The notes under the pieces were generated by a model. The model had not been told where the DNA came from. It ran no database searches and saw only the letters and a program-made list of their open reading frames with translations. The translations under genes and the position numbers were made by a program. A stretch of 64,000 nt of DNA from Fibrobacteria bacterium. Lineage in GTDB: Bacteria; Fibrobacterota; Fibrobacteria; UBA11236. Shown one piece after another: positions 37,895 to 46,350 of this stretch (positions are counted from its first letter, which is position 1; each line of letters begins with the position of its first letter). The DNA is taken from NCBI GenBank assembly GCA_043745805.1, contig JAYTSD010000032.1, positions 1 through 64,000 on the forward strand. Reading direction: 5' to 3'.

Positions 37895-38783
37895 ATCCTT
37901 AACTGCTTATTTACTTTGTGCTGGACATGGCATGCGGCTGCGGCCATTTACCAATCGAACACCTAAGCCCTTGGTTACTTTTTTAGGCAAAACGGCTTTG
38001 GAATTAAATACCTGGACGGTGAAAAATCTTTATCCTTCACGATTAATTTGCAATGTGCATCATCAATGGGAATTGGTGGAGCGCGAGGCACGCCGTTTAG
38101 GCGTTGATGTAATTTATGAAAATGATATTTTAGGCACGGGTGGCTGCTTATGGAATGCCCTGCATATTTTAGAATCTACAGATCATTTTTTAATTCACAA
38201 TGGTGATATACTTCACGATATTGATGTTTATGCATTGCTTGCGCAACATGAGGCGAGCGGTAATATTGCTACGTTGGCAGGTGCATTTCGTCCTTCACAT
38301 AATACTTTGAGTTGCAGCGAGGGAAGTGAATTGCTCGGCATACATGGTTATGAATCCTTTAATTATAGTGATGAAATGACGCGCCGTACCTTTTCTGGAA
38401 TTGCAGTTTATAATCGTGAATTTTTACGCTATGTCAAAGCCGGTGAGCAAGATATTAAACGTTACTGGATGGATGCTTTGAACGCAGGCGAGCATATTGG
38501 TATTTATAATATTTCTCAAGAGTCCATGTGGTTTGATTTCGGTACACCACAAGGTTTATGGAATGCGGCCAAATGGGTGATGGATAATGCCGGCGAATTT
38601 AGTTACCGTTACAATCCCAGTATGCGTGAGAATCGTCCTTATGTCAGCAATGAAGTAGGCCAAGATGATTTACCGGATTTTATGCGCAATGTTTTGATCT
38701 ATGAAGAAACTCGTTTACCTATTCCTCAAGACACGAACAATTGCATTTTGGGAATGGATTTCAAATGGAATATTGAACCTTAA
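37887..38783 (+). CDS. Sugar-phosphate nucleotidyltransferase (MurU-like)
   Basis: ATG 37887 after GGAGG; LCAGHGMRLRPFT..TPKPL, ILGTGG, HNGDI, WFDFGTP. Confidence 0.8.
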   Translation: MAKSLTAYLLCAGHGMRLRPFTNRTPKPLVTFLGKTALELNTWTVKNLYPSRLICNVHHQWELVEREARRLGVDVIYENDILGTGGCLWNALHILESTDHFLIHNGDILHDIDVYALLAQHEASGNIATLAGAFRPSHNTLSCSEGSELLGIHGYESFNYSDEMTRRTFSGIAVYNREFLRYVKAGEQDIKRYWMDALNAGEHIGIYNISQESMWFDFGTPQGLWNAAKWVMDNAGEFSYRYNPSMRENRPYVSNEVGQDDLPDFMRNVLIYEETRLPIPQDTNNCILGMDFKWNIEP

Positions 38784-40597
38784 AAATTATTTTTCCCCAA
38801 CGCATCGAATGATTTAATAGGATTCGTTTCTCCCGAAAGAAAATTAAATTTCACCACTCCATCCACTAAACTAAAACGTGAGAACTTTTTTTTTCCAAAA
38901 TCCAATTTTGCCCTTTTTACTTCTGTAGTAATAGAATACTCATAAGCCCCAATATCATATCCATTGGCCTCTGGACGGGCAAGTAAGATATCAAAATCAT
39001 TATTCACCAAAGAAGAGACGGCGGAAGATCCGGCATTAACCGCTGGGCTACTGGAATGAATATGAAAGTCACCGCTATTATTTAAAAATAAAGGATCACC
39101 GGTAATGGGGCTCGCATCAAAGGTAAAGGTTCCCTTGCCCCCATTCCATAAATTATTGGAAATGATTCCCATGTCCGACCCAATGCCATTGGAGCCGCCA
39201 TTATACGGTGTTCCAGAATGTGGCGAAAAAATATTGTTTTGCATATTAAGTGCATTAATCCCTAAACTCCAGTCATTCATGACTGCGCCATAATTAGCAT
39301 TGCCCGTAGTATCGGTATTATTAAAAGTATTATTCCAAACTTTGCAGCCAAGTAAGGTATTGGTATTAAAACGAATTCCCGCTACCGAAGTATTATAAAC
39401 CACATTATTAAATATACTAACGCTATTTCGCGAACCATCGGCAATATTTATACCATGCTTACTCACATCATGAATCATATTGTGATGAAAATTCACGCTA
39501 TCACAAAAGTCCGAACCATTACCGCCATTGACATAAATCTGAAAACCATTCCCACTTTTAATATGATGAATATGATTATAGGCGATTTCATAACTTCCTT
39601 TTCCATCAATATAAATGCCATGGCTAAGTTGATCACCGCCTTGAATATCATGAATATTATTTCCCAGCCAATTTGAATTCGCTCCATTCCCCGTAATACC
39701 AGCCATGCGCGAGGCACTTGCGCCAGCAGTTACTCCGGTATAGGCGGTTAATTCATTATTGACAATGCGCCAATTATCCCCAAATACTTCTTGGCTAATC
39801 GGACCATCATATCCGCCCCCTTCAATGCGTAAATCTGCTATGGTAATCCATTTGCCTGCATTCGGATAATTTTGTCCATTCAGTCCCGATAGACAGCCGC
39901 CGCTATGTCCTGCGGCATCGCCATTAATAAACGCATCTTCTCCAGGATACCCCATGAGGGTAATTGGTCCGTTACCCTCAACTCCATTAGGTGACGTTCC
40001 CGAACCTCCATCTGATTTTTTAAAGCGCAAAAAATATTTTTCAAATCCAATTGAGGAAAAAGTTCCGGCACGGAAAACGAAAAAATCTCCCGGCTTCACG
40101 AGTCCCCAAGCCCCTTTGGATAAATCTGCAAACTGCGGTGTTAAATAAGGATTGTTAAAGCTGCCTGTTGTTGCTGCACTATCATCACCCTTAGGAGTAA
40201 AGAAAAAGATACGTCCAGGATTCACCATAAAAGTTTTATCGACATTTGAGAGAATGTCATTTACAGTTACTTTAATAGGAAGTTTGGTTCCCGGAGTTGG
40301 GTTCCCGATAGCGCCAAGTTGTACGGCTAATTGCTGAATATCATTACGTCCTTTGGAGGCTCGCAGGAAACGATAATTATCCACTTCTACATTATTGAGA
40401 TAAACTTTTACTATGGTTCCAGCGCCTTTTAGCCCAAAGTTTTTTCCGAAAATGGATAAGTAAATACCTTTATTATTTTCTCCACCTGTGATAGGTCCAG
40501 AAATGATATCCGTATAAAGGATAATGGGTGCAGTTTGAGCGAATAATAATACGGGGATTAATGCTATTGCTAATAAGCATAATCGGCAAAGTGACAT
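38780..40597 (-). CDS. Secreted right-handed beta-helix protein with a choice-of-anchor Q-like end
   Basis: Signal peptide; repeated NxIH/NNxxYN coils; HGIYI; DFHIHSSSPAVNAG...DIGAYE. Confidence 0.8.
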   Translation of the reverse strand: MSLCRLCLLAIALIPVLLFAQTAPIILYTDIISGPITGGENNKGIYLSIFGKNFGLKGAGTIVKVYLNNVEVDNYRFLRASKGRNDIQQLAVQLGAIGNPTPGTKLPIKVTVNDILSNVDKTFMVNPGRIFFFTPKGDDSAATTGSFNNPYLTPQFADLSKGAWGLVKPGDFFVFRAGTFSSIGFEKYFLRFKKSDGGSGTSPNGVEGNGPITLMGYPGEDAFINGDAAGHSGGCLSGLNGQNYPNAGKWITIADLRIEGGGYDGPISQEVFGDNWRIVNNELTAYTGVTAGASASRMAGITGNGANSNWLGNNIHDIQGGDQLSHGIYIDGKGSYEIAYNHIHHIKSGNGFQIYVNGGNGSDFCDSVNFHHNMIHDVSKHGINIADGSRNSVSIFNNVVYNTSVAGIRFNTNTLLGCKVWNNTFNNTDTTGNANYGAVMNDWSLGINALNMQNNIFSPHSGTPYNGGSNGIGSDMGIISNNLWNGGKGTFTFDASPITGDPLFLNNSGDFHIHSSSPAVNAGSSAVSSLVNNDFDILLARPEANGYDIGAYEYSITTEVKRAKLDFGKKKFSRFSLVDGVVKFNFLSGETNPIKSFDALGKNNF

Positions 40598-40670
40598 AAA
40601 ATACTCCTTAGAATAAAAGGGAAGAAATAATTTGTAATTTTTCTTTAAAAAGAAGACTTATAGAGATATT

Positions 40671-41720
40671 ATGCAAGACTTTAAACATCAAATTGATATT
40701 CAAGAATACTACGGAAAAATCCTAAAATCATCCACTGATTTAAAAACCAATGCTTGTTGTAGTAGCGATGCCGTGCCGGAAAAACATCGAAAAATTTTAG
40801 CGGAATTGCCCACTGAAATTCTGGAAAAGTTTTATGGCTGCGGATCGCCCATTCCCATGGACTTAGAAGGCCTAACCATTTTGGATTTGGGTTGCGGCAG
40901 TGGTCGAGATGCGTATTTACTATCTAAGCTGGTAGGTCCAAAGGGCAAGGTCATCGGCATTGATATGACTGAAGAACAGTTACAAATTGCACAAAAACAT
41001 GTGACTTCGCAATCTGAAAAATGGGGCTATGCGAAAGCGAATATGGAATTTCATCACAGTTATATAGAAGATTTATCGGCTTATATTGCTGATGCTTCTA
41101 TTGACATTGTGATTTCGAATTGCGTGATAAATTTATCTCCCTCTAAAGAAGCTGTTTTTCGTGAAATTTTTCGTGTGTTAAAACCTGGCGGCGAACTTTA
41201 TTTTTCAGATATTTTTGCTGGACGCAGGGTACCAGAGGCTTTACAAATGGATGCCGTTCTGCAAGGAGAGTGCTTGGCGGGAGCTTTGTATTGGGAAGAT
41301 TTTCGTAGAATTTTGCGTAAAGTGGGTTGCTTGGATTATCGATTTATGTCGAAGCGAAAAATTGCAATCGGTAATGTGGAGCTTGAAAACCGTATTGGCA
41401 GGGTAGATTTTTGGTCGGCTACGGTGCGGGCTTTTAAGTTACCGAATTTGGAAGATGTTTGTGAAGATTATGGTCAAACTGCAACCTATTTAGGAACTAT
41501 TCCCAACGCGCCGCATACTTTTGCTTTGGATGATCATCATTTGTTTGAAACGGGTAAGCCAAATTTGGTATGTGGCAATACCGCCTCTATGCTTGCCGAT
41601 ACGCGCTGGGGACGTCACTTTAAAGTTATTGGTGAAATGAATACCCATTTTGGGATTTTTGCTTGTGGTCCAAATTCTGCGCCTTTGCTGGGTGAGGACG
41701 TGGGTGGGGCTTGCTGCTAA
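40671..41720 (+). CDS. arsM: Arsenite S-adenosylmethionine methyltransferase (ArsM/AS3MT-like)
   Basis: LKTNACC, FYGCGSP, LDLGCGSGRD, ISNCVINLS, GECLAGA, terminal CC. Confidence 0.82.
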   Translation: MQDFKHQIDIQEYYGKILKSSTDLKTNACCSSDAVPEKHRKILAELPTEILEKFYGCGSPIPMDLEGLTILDLGCGSGRDAYLLSKLVGPKGKVIGIDMTEEQLQIAQKHVTSQSEKWGYAKANMEFHHSYIEDLSAYIADASIDIVISNCVINLSPSKEAVFREIFRVLKPGGELYFSDIFAGRRVPEALQMDAVLQGECLAGALYWEDFRRILRKVGCLDYRFMSKRKIAIGNVELENRIGRVDFWSATVRAFKLPNLEDVCEDYGQTATYLGTIPNAPHTFALDDHHLFETGKPNLVCGNTASMLADTRWGRHFKVIGEMNTHFGIFACGPNSAPLLGEDVGGACC

Positions 41721-41728
41721 AGTATTAG

Positions 41729-43222
41729 TTATTCAAGCGTCTGTTTAAACAAACTCAGCGAATGATAAGCGGCTAGCGCGCGCGCTCGGGCTGCGGAATG
41801 ATCCACAATAGGGTGAGGATAGGTTTCGCCTAAAACGACCCCTGCCTTGGCAAGTGCTGCCGTTGAGGCTTCCCAAGGGCGATGGATATTGCGAGAGTCT
41901 AGGCCCGCGAGTTCCGGAATCCAATGCCGAATATAGCTACCGCTGGCATCAAACCGTATCCCCTGAGTTACGGGGTGGAAAATACGAAAATACGGGGCGG
42001 CATCAGCGCCACTGCCCGCAACCCATTGCCAGCCCATGGTATTTTGGGCTAGGTCCGCGTCCACCAAAGTATCCCAAAACCATTTAGCTCCGATCTGCCA
42101 AGGTAACAGCAAATGCTTAACCAAAAAAGACGCGGTGGCCATGCGCACGCGATTATGCATCCAGCCCGTAGCCCATAACTGTCGCATGCCTGCGTCGATA
42201 TAAGGATATCCTGTGCGGCCGGTTTGCCAAGCGCGGAGACCCTCGCTGTCGCGGTTCCAAGGAAAGGCGGCAAACGATGGACGCAGCGGTTGATCGGGAG
42301 TATGCGGGAAATGAACGAGTAAATGATGGGCGAATTCGCGCCAGATCAACTGGCGTTGCCAAGCTAGCAGGGAGGTTTTTACAGTAGGGTCTTTCTTAGC
42401 TTCACTCAGTCGTATCTGCAGAGCGGCCCAGATTTCCCGAATCCCGATCTCACCAAAATGCAAATAAGGCGAAAGCCTAGAGGTACCTTCAAGAGACGGT
42501 ATATCGCGGGTTACCGCATATTCGGTTATGATGGCTTCCATCCCATTGGCTAGGAGTTCATGGCCGGCAGCGCTTCCTGGAGTCCAAGTGGATTGCAATC
42601 CGACATCCCAAGAGAAACGCGGGAGAAGCTTTAAACTGTTTATAGAAATGGAGTCAGGCCAGTGTTCCGGCGCGGGAATTTTTCGAGGATTGGGAAGCGG
42701 AGGCGCGGGTTCTGGCGCCTCTTGGGTGGCTCGCCAAAAAGGCGTGAAAACTTGATAGGGACCTGCGCTAGCGCGGGTGCGGATAGATTCGGGTTCATAG
42801 AGTAGGCTTGAGCAAAACACATCGACTTCAACACCGAGACCATTCGGATTTAAACGTAGAGCGTTTGCAATATGTTTATCATACGCTTCCACTTTTGGTT
42901 CATATCTCCGACTCCAGAATACAGCAGTAGCGCCGGTTTCATTAATCAGTGCACGTAATTCGGTTAAGGCATTGCCATGTCGGAGTATGAGTCTCGAACC
43001 TTTGCCGCGCAAGGCTTCATCCAACCGATTTAGAGAATGGTGCAACCACCAACGGCTCGCACCTCCTTGCGCCCAATCGCCTTCGCTTTCAGGGTCGTCA
43101 ATGTAAACCGGCACGACAATGCCGCGCTTGCATGCTTCATACAGAGCGGGATGATCGGCAAGGCGAAGATCTTGGCGAAACCAGACTAAGGTGAGGGCTT
43201 TTTTTTCTGTGTTTTTTGTCAT
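41729..43222 (-). CDS. phrB: Deoxyribodipyrimidine photolyase (class III-like CPD photolyase)
   Basis: WFRQDLRLADHPAL, GGASRWWLHHSL, TSRLSPYLHFGEI, WMHNRVRM, WQWVAGSGADAAPYFRIF. Confidence 0.92.
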   Translation of the reverse strand: MTKNTEKKALTLVWFRQDLRLADHPALYEACKRGIVVPVYIDDPESEGDWAQGGASRWWLHHSLNRLDEALRGKGSRLILRHGNALTELRALINETGATAVFWSRRYEPKVEAYDKHIANALRLNPNGLGVEVDVFCSSLLYEPESIRTRASAGPYQVFTPFWRATQEAPEPAPPLPNPRKIPAPEHWPDSISINSLKLLPRFSWDVGLQSTWTPGSAAGHELLANGMEAIITEYAVTRDIPSLEGTSRLSPYLHFGEIGIREIWAALQIRLSEAKKDPTVKTSLLAWQRQLIWREFAHHLLVHFPHTPDQPLRPSFAAFPWNRDSEGLRAWQTGRTGYPYIDAGMRQLWATGWMHNRVRMATASFLVKHLLLPWQIGAKWFWDTLVDADLAQNTMGWQWVAGSGADAAPYFRIFHPVTQGIRFDASGSYIRHWIPELAGLDSRNIHRPWEASTAALAKAGVVLGETYPHPIVDHSAARARALAAYHSLSLFKQTLE

Positions 43223-43313
43223 TAATTATTCACACACTGCTGAAGCGATTCATTAAGGTATGGATACATTTGTTTATTGGTGAGTACGGTAATGTCTGAC
43301 ATTGGTTTTTCCG

Positions 43314-43568
43314 TTACCCCTTTAAAGCACTTTGTACGGCCGCGCGAATTTCTCGACGTAATACTTGTAAATCAGAAAGTCCAGGAACATTTCTCATGGC
43401 CTCTCTTAAGGTATTATTGATTAAAGTTTGATATCCTGTACTTTTTTTGACAGCCTGCTCTTGGAAATAAAGCAGAATATCCGCATCTAAGCGTAAGGTC
43501 TTTTGCACTTTTTGTGGGCGATAAAATTTACCTCGAATGCCTTTACTGAAATCATATTCTTTTTTCAT
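43314..43568 (-). CDS. brnA: BrnA antitoxin family protein
   Basis: MKKEYDFSKG, TLRLDADIL.YF, GYQTLINNTLR. Confidence 0.88.
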   Translation of the reverse strand: MKKEYDFSKGIRGKFYRPQKVQKTLRLDADILLYFQEQAVKKSTGYQTLINNTLREAMRNVPGLSDLQVLRREIRAAVQSALKG

Positions 43569-43569
43569 G

Positions 43570-43695
43570 TTAACCCTCGATGCATTTACTCACGCTTTTC
43601 TTTTGCAGTTGCGCGACTGCGCAGAAATTAAACGAATGATTTTTGTGTTTCTTATAATTCGCCTTTGCTTTGCGAGGATCCCATTCAAATTTCAT
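43570..43695 (-). pseudogene. brnT: BrnT toxin remnant (internal deletion plus frameshifts)
   Basis: My translation: MKFEWDPRKAKANYKKH, followed at once in other frames by IIRLISA and RATAKEKRE*. The central part is missing. Confidence 0.85.
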
Positions 43696-43708
43696 TGAAT
43701 AATTATAA

Positions 43709-43724
43709 CTACAATGTAGCTACA
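43709..43724. promoter_or_regulatory. Overlapping palindromes upstream of brnT, probable autoregulatory operator
   Basis: CTACAATGTAG (43709-43719) and TGTAGCTACA (43715-43724), next to a minus-strand TATAAT. Confidence 0.55.
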
Positions 43725-43909
43725 ACTCTAGTTTTGCTTTAGCTTGCTGATTTCAGGCAAATTTTCATTGAATTTTGAAGAGCTAAAAATGCAGGTTAGG
43801 TAAATGTCTACTAAACTAGGGAAAGCTCATAGTTATCCTTTGTGAAAGTAAAGAAAGAATGTATATTGTCTTTCAACGTATATTTTTCGATTTTGAGAAC
43901 GGAAAAAAA

Positions 43910-45241
43910 ATGAGCAAGTCTTTATTATTTGCAACTATAGTTGCAGGTTCAATTTTGCGAACAGCTTTTGCAGACCCTATAATCGTAGGTACGCCAAAAC
44001 TTTTGTATACTACGGATAAATTGCCTATCGATCCAATATGTAGCCTTTCAAGCAGCATCCCTTCAACAATTGATTACTGCAACACAGCTCCTTTAAATTC
44101 GGCGGGAAAAGATTTGTTAAGTATTGATGGATCAGTACCAATTATTAAAAATTCTGATGGAAGTATGGGATTTTTTTACAATTTCGCAAATGGCTTCGCC
44201 TTATTTAAAGGCACGCCAGATAAACCATTTCCAAGCCTACCCTTATGGTCTGAAAAAATCCTAACAGCCTTTCCATACGCAACGCCAGTTGATATTCGAA
44301 AACGCGTAGTTAAAACTGCCGGACATCCAGGTCAAGATCATATTTATATTGCAAATATATACCATGGTTCCAATTCAAGTGCGGATCCGATGATAGGTTT
44401 TATTCATTATGAAGATATTGCATCCTGCAAGGATGCTGATGTGGTGAATGACGTATATTCCGCATCTTGTTCTTCATATCACATTGGTCTCGCAAATTCT
44501 ACTGATCGCGGCAAAACTTGGCATTATATGGGCCATGTTATTAATACTTCTAGAAATGGAGGTTACGGCGATGACGGCAAAAATAATGCACACCAGACCA
44601 CAAATATAGGTGGCGTTCCATATCTTGTTAAAGATGGGTATTTTTATGTTTACTATCACGAGTACCCTAGTGTTTCTGGAACAGATTACAAACGATACGT
44701 ATCTGTTGCCAGAGCATTAATTAGTGATGTGGTTAATGCAGCTTCAAATGGAAACGTAAGCCCGCCATGGTATAAATACAATAATGGTACATGGACACAG
44801 TCTGCGTTAACTGGATTGGGTTCAAGTATATTTGAAGCTCCACAAGACCATGGGAATACACATACTGACGCAGTTTACTCGAATCTAACAAAGAAGTATT
44901 ATTTAATTACCGTTGAACAAAATTTAAAGATTGGTAATAGCATTAATTTGTACTCCTCTTTTGATGGAATTAAGTGGGATGCTCCAAACAGCATTAGTTC
45001 AGGTTCAGTTTTTTATCCGTTTATTTCACCATCATCTTTTATTGACAATGATGCTCATACTGTTGGAAAGGATTTTTACGTTTTGTATGCAAAGACTTCT
45101 CCAAGATATCATGAGCCAAATTATCTCCGGTGTCTAGAGGCAGGTGACGGTGCGGGTGCTTGTCAAGATATATATCAAGTAAAGGTAACTTTGGGTGCAG
45201 GCGATGTATCGCCAATCATAGATAATGTATTAAGAAACTAA
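43910..45241 (+). CDS. Secreted Asp-box/BNR beta-propeller protein (glycosidase-like)
   Basis: ATG 43910 gives signal peptide MSKSLLFATIVAGSILRTAFA; STDRGKTW and SFDGIKW Asp-box-like motifs; GFIHYE; DGYFYVYY. Confidence 0.7.
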   Translation: MSKSLLFATIVAGSILRTAFADPIIVGTPKLLYTTDKLPIDPICSLSSSIPSTIDYCNTAPLNSAGKDLLSIDGSVPIIKNSDGSMGFFYNFANGFALFKGTPDKPFPSLPLWSEKILTAFPYATPVDIRKRVVKTAGHPGQDHIYIANIYHGSNSSADPMIGFIHYEDIASCKDADVVNDVYSASCSSYHIGLANSTDRGKTWHYMGHVINTSRNGGYGDDGKNNAHQTTNIGGVPYLVKDGYFYVYYHEYPSVSGTDYKRYVSVARALISDVVNAASNGNVSPPWYKYNNGTWTQSALTGLGSSIFEAPQDHGNTHTDAVYSNLTKKYYLITVEQNLKIGNSINLYSSFDGIKWDAPNSISSGSVFYPFISPSSFIDNDAHTVGKDFYVLYAKTSPRYHEPNYLRCLEAGDGAGACQDIYQVKVTLGAGDVSPIIDNVLRN

Positions 45242-45286
45242 ATCTATTTAAATCACAAAAATCATATCAAATAATTAGGAGAATTT

Positions 45287-45640
45287 ATGAAAACTCGGAA
45301 AATATTTCTTTTAGCTGGATTAGCTGCAATAAACTCATTTGCATTTAATAATGCAACATGGGTTCAAATATCAACAATTAAATGCATAAGAGTTAACGGT
45401 ACGCAAGCGCTTTTTAAAATTAATGAAACATCCCCAACAATGATTCCTGTGACAGACACAAAAATGAATACCTATTGGTTTCAGGTTGATCTATCTTCCA
45501 AAGAAGGCAGTGCAGCATACACTGCATTGCTTATGGCAAAATTTTCTGGTAGTACAGTTCAATTTTATGTTCCAAGTGGTACTGCAAATGCGGGCGGTGT
45601 TTACCCTGTTCAAAACTTTACATATGGACAAGATGCTTAA
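45287..45640 (+). CDS. Small secreted protein, paralogue 1
   Basis: AGGAG RBS, signal peptide ending SFA, shares long blocks with 45759..46130. Confidence 0.85.
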   Translation: MKTRKIFLLAGLAAINSFAFNNATWVQISTIKCIRVNGTQALFKINETSPTMIPVTDTKMNTYWFQVDLSSKEGSAAYTALLMAKFSGSTVQFYVPSGTANAGGVYPVQNFTYGQDA

Positions 45641-45758
45641 ATTACTTCTTGGTCAAGATAGATTTTCGAATTTTGTTAAAAAAACGAAGTACTCTTAAAC
45701 CTGATCATAAAGCCAAATAATTTTCAAGGATAGCAACATTTTAATTTAGGAAAATTCA

Positions 45759-46130
45759 ATGAAAATTTGGAAAATATGCTTGATTCTCGGATCTGCTTTA
45801 ATAAATGTTTTTGCCTTTCAAGACATGAATTCTGTGGTCTCATCAACAATCAAATGTGTACGAGTAAATGTTACGTCATCTGGTGTTACTCAAGCTTTAT
45901 TCAAAATTAATGAGGCTTCACCAACGATGAACGATTTAAACGATACAAAAATGAACACTTATTGGTTTCAAGTTGATTTAGCTAATCAAGATGGTCTTGC
46001 TGAATATTTAACAATGCTAAAAGCAAAATTTTCTGGTCAACAAGTTCAGTTTTTGATAACAAGTGGTACTGCGAACGCTGACAATGTTTATCCTGTTCAA
46101 AATTTAACATATGGATATCAAGAGGACTGA
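45759..46130 (+). CDS. Small secreted protein, paralogue 2
   Basis: AGGA RBS, signal peptide ending VFA; shares TQALFKINE, DTKMNTYWFQVDL, AKFSG and VYPVQN with paralogue 1. Confidence 0.85.
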   Translation: MKIWKICLILGSALINVFAFQDMNSVVSSTIKCVRVNVTSSGVTQALFKINEASPTMNDLNDTKMNTYWFQVDLANQDGLAEYLTMLKAKFSGQQVQFLITSGTANADNVYPVQNLTYGYQED

Positions 46131-46350
46131 TTTATCATACCCATTCTTTTTAATTCCAAACACCACACGAGGTTTTTGTGATTTTGTAAGGTTTTTAAAT
46201 AAATCAGGTTCGACAGATTTTGTATGTAATGCTTGATATTAATTTATCCAGTTAATTTCTAAAGCTACACTACCATTGGAAGAGCCGTGAATAAACCCAT
46301 TTTTAGCTATATTTGCCCATCAAAGAACTTAAAAAGAATTTAGGGTGGCA

